The notes under the pieces were generated by a model. That model did not search any database, was not told the DNA's origin, and saw only the letters and a program-made list of their open reading frames with translations. 64,000 nt of DNA from Octopus sinensis. Lineage: Eukaryota. A program made the translations under genes and the position numbers. Below are positions 1 to 11,309 of the stretch, piece after piece (position 1 is the stretch's first letter; every line of letters begins with the position of its first letter). The stretch covers positions 169,136,001 through 169,200,000 of the forward strand of contig NC_042999.1 of assembly GCF_006345805.1 (NCBI RefSeq), given 5' to 3'.

Positions 1-500
1 TTAGTTCAACTACCAATTTTAAAAACATAATCAATCATAACATACAAAAAACACAAGAGAAAACAGCTGTTCATGCAGGATAAAGAATTGTGCCCGCTAA
101 TGGAGCTTGCATGTCCAAGCCATCATATATGAAGCTACCGTAACTCTATAACCACTAAAGACAAACCGTTTCGACGAAGAAATACGTGGCCTCAGAGGGT
201 AATTTCAAGGCCAGTTCATAACCACACTTTGAGCTTTAGGCACTGGAACAAAAGAAAGCGACACAAATTATCCAATCATATTTGGTCTTTAAGAGATAAA
301 GGTGTCGATTATACACATCCATGGAAGATTTTGGCCAGATGTAGCCCTATACTAACGCAGCGAAGGTGCGGTTTATGCGACATGGAGAGATGGCTTATCT
401 GGAAAGCAGCTTAGACCCCCTACTACATGTCTAAATACAAGGACAGAGCGTTTCGGATCATGCCCACATGTGACTAAATTTCTGTTTTACGTTTTTGGTC
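1..500 (+). mobile_element. Penelope-like element, GIY-YIG endonuclease 3' fragment (frameshifted)
   Basis: Across frames: CSC..KNCP.NGAC, IIYEATV, NFK, SFRHWNKRK..LSNHIWSLRDKG, WKILARCSP, CGLCDMERWLI. Confidence 0.8.
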
Positions 501-696
501 CCCTCAAGAACGGATAGAACATGCTTTTCTGTGTAATGTCCAAGAAGATTTATATATTTTTATATATTTTTGTATTTTTATATAATTTTTAATGACGAAA
601 AATGCGAGCGTGTATAAGTACGCAGGCAAAGCAGAGTTATAACAGAGTAATTTCCCTTCATTTTTACGGTATTTGTTTCATACGTTTTCAATAGCC

Positions 697-759
697 AGAT
701 AACCAAAGAGATGGGTTGTGGATTTCCACTTCGGCATCTGAAACTCAGAGGTTTTATCT
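697..759 (+). ncRNA. Degenerate minimal hammerhead ribozyme in a PLE terminal repeat
   Basis: Stem I AGATAA/TTATCT, core CCAAAGA (two transitions from CTGAAGA), stem II GATG/CATC, then GAAA and a near-palindromic CTCAGAG stem III. Confidence 0.45.
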
Positions 760-954
760 TGACTACCGAGTAAATGTAACATATTGTATAGATAAATTTC
801 CTCTATTTACATAACATTGAGGTCTCTTTCTTTCTTTTGTGTATCTTACCGTATAATCTTATATATATATATTGTATATATGTATGTCCCGGGTTGATTC
901 GGGGTTAACCACGTAAATAAGGTACTCAATACATAGCAGAGTAAAATTAATTTT

Positions 955-1049
955 TATAGAAGGAGCTTCTACAGGACTAGAACTGTTTCATTCAGAGAAA
1001 TCTTCTTCTCTTGAATGAAACAGTTTAGTCCTGTAGAAGCTCCTCTATA
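955..1049. repeat. Fold-back inverted repeat, about 44 bp arms, PLE-terminus derived
   Basis: TATAGAAGGAGCTTCTACAGGACTAGAACTGTTTCATTCAGAGAA (955-999) is nearly the reverse complement of 1006-1049, with a 6-nt loop. Confidence 0.85.
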
Positions 1050-1054
1050 TAATA

Positions 1055-1109
1055 AATATTGTATATATATATATTGCGTGTATATATATATTGTTATATA
1101 ATATATTGC

Positions 1110-1146
<37 letters not shown>

Positions 1147-1455
1147 ATATATATATATTGCGTGTATATATATATATATTGTATATATATAATATTGCGT
1201 TTATATATATATATATATATTGTATATATATATATTGCGTGTATATATATTATATATATATATATATATTGTATATATATATATTGCGTGTATATATATA
1301 TATTTTGTGTGTGTGTGTGTTATATATATGTATATATATTTTTGTGTGTGTGTGTATATATATATATATTGCGTGTATATTTATATATATATATATATAT
1401 ACCCACACACATATGTATTATATATATATATTGTGTATATATATATATATATATA
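1055..1455. repeat. Compound (TA)n microsatellite punctuated by TTGCGTG/TTGTA
   Basis: Visible directly. It gives rise to the spurious Y/I-rich ORFs. Confidence 0.95.
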
Positions 1456-3659
1456 TCCCACAAGCTGATTGGAAATCGATCCAACAAGAGATCCTCAGAG
1501 AGGACTGGCCGGAATGTCTCTCCCCACCAGACATTGAATTGAAACTAGAATGTTTCATGTCTTCTGTGTCAAGCCACATGCCAGAAATATGTCCCAGAGC
1601 AAGACCAAAACAAATAGGAGCAAGATTCCAAGACAGAAGATCCTCATGAGACGATGGACGAAGGTTGCAAATCGTCTCAACCAACATCCCAAAAGTAGCG
1701 AACGTCCCGCCTAAAACAACACTGATGGAGATCGAAAAAAGGCTGCAACCCACACCAGACATGAACTAGAACATTCTGTGCAAGCCACATGCGAAATATG
1801 TCCAGAGCACAAGACCAAAACAAATAGGAGCAAGATTCCAAGAGACAGGAAGATCCTCATGAGACGATGGACGAAGGTTGCAAATCGTCTCAACCAACAT
1901 CCAAAAGTAGCGAAACGTCCCGCCTAAAAACAACACTGATGGAGATCGAAAAAAGGCTGCAACAATCCTATGTGAAGGAGAAAGTAGACAAAGAAGCCTG
2001 GGTATAAAAAACATTAAATCAACCCAAAGGCCTTTTCATTACGCGAAAGAAACAGCTCAGTGCACTACAAGATAGGACCCTCCTCCAAAAGGATGGCTCC
2101 CTCACAGACAGTCCAACTATGATCAGTGAGATGCTGAATGGCCAGTTCAAAGTGTCTTTACCACCCCGTGGAACACAGACAAGTGAACGAACCAGTGGAC
2201 TTCTTTGCCGCCTACCTAAACAGCGAGGCGGTTACAATAGAATGTTGACATTAGCGAAAAAGATGTCCTACTAGCCATAGATGAAGTGGACACAAACTCA
2301 GCTGCTGGTCCAGACGGTTTCCCAGCCATCCTCCTCAAAGCGTGTAAGAATGCCCTGGCAAAACCCCTCAAGATTCTCTTCCAGAGCTTTTTGCGAATGG
2401 CAAACTGCCAAGCAAGCTGAAGGAGGAAATAATATGCCCAATACATAAAGGAGGAAGTAGAGCAGATACCCAAAAACTATAGGCCTATCTCTCTGACTTC
2501 ACACATCAGCAAGTCATGGAAAGGATAGTCAGAAAGAAACTAATCGCATTCCTTGAGGAAAATAACTTGCTGAGTAATACCGCAGGGTTTTCGACAGGTA
2601 GGAGCTGCCTGACCCAGCTCTTACAGCATTATGACTGGGTGTTGAGGTAGTTACTCAACAAATCAAATGTGGACGTAATCTACCTTGATTTTGCAAAAGC
2701 TTTTGACAGGTGGATCATGGTATGATATGCTACAAACTACGTGACCTCGGCATAGCGGGAAAACTTGGAGTGTGGTACATGACTTCCTGAAAGATAGAAG
2801 TCAGGCAGTAGTGGTTAATGGAGCCACCTCTATGAACACACAAATAGTGAGCGGTGTTCCACAGGGCACTGTCTTGGGACCACTGCTTTTATAGTGGCCC
2901 TCTCAGATATGCCCTCAAATGCCCGATAGCCACTCTGGCCAGCTATGCAGACGATACGAAAGTCTCGCAGAAAATACAGAACCCCAGCGATGTTGCACAC
3001 CTGCAGCAGGAGTTGGACTCACTCTACAGATGGGCTGAGGATAATAATATGCAGTTTAATGCTGAAAAATTCCAGGCCCTGCGCTACCAGCATCCAAAAC
3101 TGAATATTAAACTTACAAGATACACTGGTCCACAGGGAATTTCAAACCCAGAGCCTAAGTCTGTGAGGGACCTGGGTATCGACATGAGTGATGATACCTC
3201 TTTCCAAGTGCACATTACCAGGATGGCGACAAAGTGCAGATGACTGGCTGGGTGGATCCTAAGAACATTCAGAACCAGAGATAAGGAAACCATGATGGTC
3301 CTCTGGCGGACATTCGTCCTCAGTCGCCTGGATTACTGCTCACAGCTATGGTCACCCACCAGTGTAAATTAACAGCAGACCTTGAAGCAATCCAGAGAAG
3401 ATTCACAAAGAAGATCGTCTCTTTGCAACAGCTCAGCTACTGGGAAAGGTTGAAACAGCTAAGACTCTACTCCCTGGAGAGAAGACGGGAGAGGTATGCA
3501 GTAATATATGTCTGGAAGATCCTGGAAGGAATTGTGCCAAATTTTGGCATTGTAAGCTACACCAATGCTAGAACGGGACGACACTGCATAGTGCCAAAGA
3601 TCCCAGCATGCCATCACGCTTCAGGACAGCTTCTGCAAACAGCCTGGGTTTCAAGGGCC
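1456..3659 (+). mobile_element. CR1-group LINE, RT region, 5'-truncated and frameshifted
   Basis: AAGPDGFP, NYRPISLTSH, YLDFAKAFD, SGVPQGTVLGPLLF, YADDTK, VRDLGI, RLDYCSQLW, LERRRER. Confidence 0.92.
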
Positions 3660-3910
3660 TATTATGCACTAGAGGTTTTAAGTTACTACCAATTTGACAT
3701 TCGGATTCTATATTAAGAAATTTAAGTAAATATACTTTAGACAATTTTCAAAATGATTTCAGTAAACATTATTATTTTATTACGGAGATGTACTCGCATA
3801 GCAAGTAATTTGATCTGAGATCGTGTGTTGAAACGAAAACAATTGCAGCGTGGAAGGTGTTTAAGAAACACACAAAAGCCGTTCGATTCACTTCAACATT
3901 TAAGTTTAAT
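3658..3910. repeat. Left arm of a ~250 bp inverted repeat (partner 7008-7272)
   Basis: Reverse complement of 7008-7272 apart from a ~12 bp deletion and a few substitutions. Confidence 0.9.
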
Positions 3911-4111
3911 CCCACTATTTAGTTCTTTCAATCCAATGTTTGATTCGCTTACATGGGATGGAGAATGTGGATTAGAGATTGTTTTTATTTATGTACATAT
4001 GTGTAGAACTGTGTGTGTGTGTATTTAATACAATTTACTTTACAAATTTGATCCTTCATCTAGTACAACTTATGATAGAGATATTTTCAGCCATTCAATT
4101 TGGGGAAGAAC

Positions 4112-4440
4112 TTAGTTATTGAAGTATTTTTCCATATTACTCCTGAAGGAGGTGTTATTCTTTGGACATTTGTAGAAAGGAAAGATCCTAAATTTTCCTT
4201 CTCCACATGTATCTAGGTGTTTATTCAGTGGTATCTTGTGCAGTTCCTCCTGTCGGACATGTTGTTGGTGAATTCTGGCTCGTCGGCATAAAGGATTTCC
4301 TGTTTCACCTATGTAATCCTCCTCGCATATGGGGCAGGTTATGCAGTATATTACATTCTGCATCTTGCAGTTCATATATGCATTTATTTTGAATATGTGA
4401 CCACTTTTAAATTTCATTTCTTTGTCTCCCTCTATGTATT
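4112..4440 (-). mobile_element. Penelope-like element GIY-YIG fragment
   Basis: NCKMQNVIYCITCPICEEDYIGETGNPLCRRARIHQQH...HLDTC. Confidence 0.88.
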
Positions 4441-4491
4441 TGTATGTGAGTTTTTTTTACGATACTCTCCTATATTGGAAAGAAAAAATTG

Positions 4492-4990
4492 TATATATCT
4501 AAGGAAATTTTCTTGATTCATTTTGATTACCTCCCTTCCATTACTTTTTAATATCTCTTATTGACTCCTGATATATTCACTTAATTGATAAAGTTGTTTC
4601 TCCACAGGTAGTAAATATTATGTCTAACATATTCATTTAATTTGACTCATTAATAAAATAAATCACCATTTACTAGCTAATTATGATTCTATATTAATGG
4701 AAATGGGGATATTTAAATATGAAATAATCACAAATAATTCTATATATATCTAGAGAAATTATTTAGTTCATCTTGATTACTTCCCTTCCATTATTGTTTT
4801 AGTATATCTTATTGACTCCTAATATATGTACTAAATTAATAATGTTTTTTTCCATGATTAGTAAATATTATGTCTAACATTTTCTTTTAATTCAACTCAT
4901 TAAAATAATCACCACTTACTAGCTAATTATGATTATATATTAATGGAAATGGATATATATATATATTATATATATATGAAATGATTTCTA
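4492..4990. repeat. Two diverged tandem copies of a ~250 bp AT-rich unit
   Basis: TTGATTACxTCCCTTCCATTA, CTTATTGACTCCT, GTAAATATTATGTCTAACAT and CTAGCTAATTATGATT each occur twice, about 250 bp apart. Confidence 0.8.
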
Positions 4991-5039
4991 TATTTTTTAT
5001 CCCTATATTAGATTCCTATATAAGATAATACAATTTACC

Positions 5040-6065
5040 ATAGACTACCCCTCTAAACACCCCAGTAAACGATTACTCGTCCTAGATACTGAGCTATGGA
5101 TGGAAGATGCCATGGTTAATGGAACCATTAAACCCTGTATACTCCACTCACACTCTCAGAAACCAATGGCTAATCCACTAGTAATCCGTAGTGACTCAGC
5201 TATGTCGGATACTGCCAAACTCAACATCCTAGTGGCAGACTTAATTAGAGCAATGAGGAATGTATCACCACTATGCCAACCACAAGAACGACAACAACAC
5301 ATCCAGCACTACATATTCTGAATGCAACGCTCCGGATACACACAAGACGATAGAGTCAGGGTGTACAAAAGAGCGAAAGCTAGATTTGAACGCATTCCAA
5401 GGAACGACGAAAACGGTATATGCCCCCTGTACCGCAACAAGTTCTGGAATAGGTTAGAGAGGGACACCAACAAAAGGATGAGAAACGTTACTTGGTACGA
5501 TAACAGGAGATTTCACGGAGTGATGTTCGTTGACGCCACACCTAAGAACGAGCTAAGTAAGGCATTCAAGAAAATCCTGCGCACTACTGGCCTAAAAATT
5601 AAAGTTGTAGAAAAGACAGGTAGGACTATCAAATCGGCATTATGCAGATCATATCCATTTGATAGAATCACCTGTCAAAGTAATTGCGCAATATGTTCGA
5701 CAAATCCACATGTAAATTGCAAAACCAAGGGCACTGTATACCAGATTAAGTGCCAGGAGGGAGCTTGCGCGACTAACCCAGAGTCATACATAGGTGAGAC
5801 TTCTAGAAGCATCAATGATAGGTTCAAAGAACACCTGGACAACTACATTGAAAGGAAGCCAAACTCCATCTTCTACCAACATGCTGTAGACTGCCACAAG
5901 GGATCCTTAGGGAAGCTTAAGTTGAACATCCTATCAACACATCCCACCGATGCAATGTTGAGACAGGTCACAGAAGCTGTTTGTATACAAGAATACAAAC
6001 CTACTCTCAACCGAAAGTCCGAATGGAATAACATCCAGATCCCATTCAGAAGGACTATTCTATAA
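5040..6065 (+). mobile_element. Penelope-like element, RT thumb plus GIY-YIG, 5'-truncated
   Basis: KPMANPLVIRSDSAMS, then CQSNCAIC...CKTKGTVYQIKC...YIGETSRSINDRFKEH, EAVCIQEYKPTLN. Confidence 0.9.
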
Positions 6066-6229
6066 CCACCCCTCTCTCTCTCTCGTTTACTTGTAGTCCT
6101 TACATACAGGTTGCAATGCGTATGTGCAGTTATATATAACAGTATGAGTGTATGTTGTTTGATAAGTAGTACTTAGGCGTTGTATCCATTCACAGTTAGA
6201 CGGTGATGAGAGGAACAAACACACACCCA

Positions 6230-6920
6230 CACATATATATATATGTGTGTGCGTCTATACAAACATATATGTGAATATGTATACAACCTTCAACAAAGTA
6301 AGTCATGTACACAACTTGGACGGACACATGCCAGTACACGGACATACGTTCACATACACATACACATGTACACATTCTCACAGACACGGCTGCCCATTCT
6401 CCTAGACACTCACATACATACATACATACCTACGTATGGGCATACACACGTACATACGCACACACATACATGGGCACATGCATATGTGCGCGTATACATA
6501 CATACGCACATACGTACGTATGTACATACACACATACATACATACATACATACATACATACATACGCACATACATACATACATACATACGCACAATAGTA
6601 AAACAAAAGTTCTGTGATATAGAGATAAATATCTGATAATAGGTTTTAGGGTATAGTTTTGGGAGTAAGGGTCGTAAATCACTTCCAGGCTTCGGGGGGG
6701 GGGAGTTGAAATTTGATATTATTGTGATGAGTGGTCACTCTACATCTATCCATCGCTACAGGTTTATAACTTTATGTTTATAGTGTGTATGTGCGTGCAT
6801 ATACACACACATACATACATACATACATACATGCATACACAGGCGTATGTGCGTACATGCATACGTACATACATACACACATGTATGCATACATACACAC
6901 ATACATACGTACATATATAT
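6230..6920. repeat. (CATA)n/(CA)n microsatellite tracts
   Basis: Visible directly. Confidence 0.9.
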
Positions 6921-6958
6921 GACGAACTAACTGTTACTTTCTTAGATGCAGCACGGAC

Positions 6959-7008
6959 TTTGTCAGTGAACAGGTCGCGGATTTTAGCGACGAAAATATT
7001 TTGACAAA
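6959..7008 (+). ncRNA. Minimal type I hammerhead ribozyme candidate with G3:C8 swap
   Basis: Stem I TTTGTCA/TGACAAA, core GTGAACA plus G, stem II GTCGC/GCGAC, GAAA, palindromic AAATATTT stem III, predicted UUU site. Confidence 0.7.
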
Positions 7009-7272
7009 TTAAACTTAAATGTTGAAGTGAATCGGACGGCTTTTGTGTGTTTCTTAAATGGCTTATAAACACCTTCCACGCTGCAATTGTTTTCGTTTCA
7101 ACACACGATCTCAGATCAAATTACTTGCTATGCGAGTACATCTCCGTAATAAGATAATAATGTTTACTGAAATCATTTTGAAAATTGTCTAAAGTATATT
7201 TACTTAAATTTCTTAATATAGAATCTGAATGTCAAATTGGTAGTAGACATTAAAACCTCTAGTGCATTAATA
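7008..7272. repeat. Right arm of the inverted repeat (partner 3658-3910)
   Basis: See 3658-3910. Confidence 0.9.
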
Positions 7273-7831
7273 GTCTATCTTCCCCTACCCCTCTAACTTC
7301 AACATACTAGCTTTTTCCTATAGTGCATTCAAATGTATCTGGGCTGGGTTCATATGAATAGGAATAGATTTATTGGTTTTGACATTTGTTCTACCCCTTC
7401 CTATATCTATAAATAGAAAATTTTTTTGTTTCCATCCAACCAAAAATCCCCCTCCCTACTGATCTAAATAACAAAGTTAAAATCTACAGTCAGAGAGTAG
7501 ATTTAATACTATCATGTTCTTAAGAATGAAATCAACCTCTCTGTCTGTATATTTACCCTCTTTATAATGTTGGCAAATGAAATAGGGATAAGAATGTGCA
7601 TTGTCCGTTTGATTGGAAAATTTCTAAAGGTGGTTGAAGATTGAAGATTGACATTTTAAAACTAATAAAATGAAGTAGCATGAAATAATCGTACCACATT
7701 ACCTTGGATATGCTTGTTGCTTATTTTGATTATAATCACCGCATGGATTTATATGGATAATACCATACAAAATTCTAGTGCCTTTGACTTAAGTATCATA
7801 TTCATCTGAATCTAAATTTTGCTGAACTTAT

Positions 7832-8100
7832 ATCCTCCTGAAGGACCTGAGAGACCTGCATGGGGTGGATGCAGATGTCTTTAAAATGAAACTAGATCTC
7901 TTCCTGTCGGGTGTCCCAGATGAACCAACTTCACAGCAGGAGGTGCAGATGAGGGCAGCTGCATTGAACTCTCTCATGCAGCAAATGGCAATTGCTAAAA
8001 AGCATTCGTGAAGTAAAATCATGTAGCAACACTGAATGACGGTGCCCCAGCATGGCCACAGCTCGTGAGCTGAAACTAGATAAAATATAAAATAAATAAA
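7832..8100 (+). mobile_element. 3' end of the CR1-group LINE (continuation of 1456-3659)
   Basis: Starts about 12 nt after the point where 3659 stops, judged against the uninterrupted copy at 55770-55830. Ends GGTGCCCCAGCATGGCCACAGCTCGTGAGCTGAAAC plus an A-rich tail. Confidence 0.85.
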
Positions 8101-8149
8101 ATATATATATATATATACACACACAGATATATTATATATATATATATAT

Positions 8150-8524
8150 AATGGCTGTGAATCAAAAGAGGAGAGCCATGGGGTAGCTAGCTGGCCATCT
8201 AGACACAAGCTAGGGTCTGATCAGCCCCAGCTGGGTCACCTGGAGGAGGGTGTATGATGTTGAAAGACCCAAAACACCTGATGATACCAGGCTCATCACT
8301 GAAGATGAATCTAGAAGCATCAGTCATTGATGTATGCACACAACAATATATATGCATATAAATAAACCATAACAGCCAGGAGGTATGAGAGATGTTAGGA
8401 TGCCCACCAATGGTTTTCTGACAGGAGTTGGCTGCTCCTCAGCTCTGACAATGGTGATGGTGTGTGTGTGTGTGCATGCACTTGCATGTATATATATATA
8501 TATATATACCTATATATATGTCCA

Positions 8525-8527
<3 letters not shown>
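8150..8527. repeat. Rearranged local duplicate of 10594-10837 (inverted) and 11182-11309 (direct)
   Basis: Both segments match base by base. The junction carries the microhomology AGAT at 8390-8393. Confidence 0.9.
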
Positions 8528-8573
<46 letters not shown>

Positions 8574-8819
8574 ATATATAGGTATGTATATATATATATA
8601 TATATATAAATATTATATATAGATATATATATATACACATATATAGATGTATATATATATATATATATATATATTATTATATGTAGAAATACAAATGGGA
8701 CAAGAATGTAAAACATTTAGAAGACGATATAAAAAAACGGGACGGACATTCGAAGCTTCAATTATCAGTCAAGAAACCGGATCATCCTAGCAATTTCGGC
8801 TGATTAATCTATATATATA

Positions 8820-10090
8820 TGTATGTATGTATATATATATATACAATATGTATGTATGTATGTATGTATATATGTATATATATATATATATATACAATAT
8901 ATATGTATGTATGTATATATATATACACGTATATCTATACAATATATATGTATGTATGTATATATATACACATATATCTATACAATATATATGTATGTAT
9001 GTATATATATACACATATATCTATACAATATATATGTATGTATATATATATACACATATATCTATACAATATATATGTATGTATGTATATATATACATAT
9101 ATATCTATACAATATATATGTTTGTATGTATATATATACACATATATCTATACAATATATATGTATGTATGTATATATATACACATATATCTATACAATA
9201 TATATGTATGTATGTATGTATATATATACACATATATCTATACAATATATATGTATGTATGTATGTATATATATATATATACATATATCTATACAATATA
9301 TATGTATGTATATATATACACATATATCTATACAATATATATGTATGTATATATATACACATATATCTATACAATATATATGTATGTATATACACATATA
9401 TCTATACAATATATATGTATGTATGTATATATATATACACATATATCTATACAATATATATGTATGTATGTATATATATACACATATATCTATACAATAT
9501 ATATGTATGTATGTATATATATACACATATCTATACAATATATATGTATGTATATATATATACACATATATCTATACAATATATATGTATGTATATATAT
9601 ACACATATATCTATACAATATATATGTATGTATATATATACACATATATCTATACAATATATATGTATGTATGTATATATATACACATATATCTATACAA
9701 TATATATGTATGTATGTATATATATATATACATATATCTATACAATATATATGTATATATATATATACATATATCTATACAATATATATGTATATATATA
9801 TATATACATATATCTATACAATATATATGTATGTATATATATATATATATATATACACATATATCTATACAATATATATGTATGTATATATACACATATA
9901 TCTATACAATATATATGTATGTATGTATATATATACACATATATCTATACAATATATATGTGTATGTATGTATATATATACACATATATCTATACAATAT
10001 ATATGTGTATATATATATATATACATATATATTGTATTTATATACATATATATTGTATATATATATTTATATATTGTATATATATATGTA
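8820..10090. repeat. Microsatellite-derived minisatellite, ~35-50 bp unit
   Basis: About 26 copies of the core CATATATCTATACAATATATATG separated by variable (TATG)n(TA)n. Confidence 0.95.
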
Positions 10091-10593
10091 TATATGTATA
10101 TGGAACATCTGCTATTCCATGATCGCATTGATCATACGGACTTTGTATAGTCAGATGCCATTCCCATTGCCAACCTGGATCTGTTTCCAGGTAAGGCAAT
10201 ACTTCACCATACCAAGACGTGATTATGTGAAAGATTGGAAACAAATACCACCTGTTGCAGGACAGTGGTATTTGCTTACATCTACACCCTGATGTTAAGG
10301 CAAGGAGCAAGTAAAAAGCATGCATGTATGCACACACACACACACACACACTCACACATTCTCTCTCTCTCTCTACGGTTGGTGCAACCATGGTATTCTG
10401 ATTATCTACTCAGCTTGCTTTCTTTATTTTCAATGATTTGTGAATATACAATTGCATTATGTAATGTAGAGCATACATATTGATGCAAACATGTAAGCGT
10501 AATTTCTTCCACACTGAAATTAATGCTATATGAGGAAGTTTGTGAAACAGCCATAAGCCTAAGCATGTCACAAGGTTAAATAAAAGTACATTT

Positions 10594-11250
10594 ATCTCTC
10601 ATGCCTCCTGGCTATTATGGTTTATTTATATGCATATATATTGTTGTGTGCATACATCAATGACTGATGCATCTAGATTCATCTTCAGTGATGAGCCTGG
10701 TATCATCGGGTGTTTTGGGTCTTTCAACATCATACACCCTCCTCCAGGTGACCCAGCTGGGGCTGATCAGACCCTAGCTTGTGTCTAGATGGCCAGCTAG
10801 CTACCCCATGGCTCTCCTCTTTTGATTCACAGCCATTTTGAGGACCTCCCTGCTGCATGGATGGCCTTCCTCCTCATTCCCTTGATGCCCAAACTGCTGA
10901 GGGCTCTAGTCAAGGAACGGGCTGCGGAACCCCTGCAGCCAATCTCCACTGGGAGACACCTCGCTCTCCAACCAACCTGCTGGCAGTCACTGACCAGACC
11001 AGCCTACTTGGAGAGCTTTTTCTCAAAAGCTTCTTCCAGGCGATCTTCCTATGTGGCAGTCAGCTCCAGCAGACCACTTGCCTGTTGGACTCAGACATGA
11101 AGACAATCCCTGGTTGCAAGGTGGTGACCACAATGTGGTCAGGGAACTTCAGCTGATGCTCAAGATTGACCAGTCTCTTGCAGATGTTAGGATGCCTGCT
11201 AATGGTTTTCTGGCAGGAGTTGGCTGTTCCCCAGCTCTGACAATGGTGAT
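10594..11250 (-). mobile_element. HERO-like non-LTR retrotransposon 3' end (restriction-like endonuclease domain), pseudogenised
   Basis: Minus strand: LEHQLKFPDHIVVTTLQPGIVFMSES, then LLELTAT*EDRLEEAFEKKLSK*AGLVSDCQQVGWRARCLPVEIGCRG...KWL*IKRGEPW. This matches the RPDIV...ELTVPWE...VEVGCRG signature I recall for HERO elements. Confidence 0.75.
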
Positions 11251-11309
11251 GGTGTGTGTGTGTGTGTGCATGCACTTGCATGCATATATACATATATATA
11301 TGTCCAGTA

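Noticed and set aside
1567-1963. ~190 bp tandem duplication inside the CR1 LINE
   Set aside because: The copies differ mainly by 1-2 bp indels, as does the whole 1-3700 region. This looks like unpolished long-read consensus or an assembly artefact.
8735-8810. PLE-terminus-like block as a hammerhead
   Set aside because: No consistent three-helix fold on either strand.
10151-10190. Exon-like tag|TCAGATGCC...TTTCCAG|gtaagg
   Set aside because: No LRR similarity, weak polypyrimidine tract, and it resembles a decayed antisense repeat.
8819-10292. Long ORFs (up to 489 aa) rich in Y/I/C/M/H, also at 1059, 16913-17942, 54960-55435 and 60215-61284
   Set aside because: Translations of TA/TG/TATG microsatellites, which lack stop codons.
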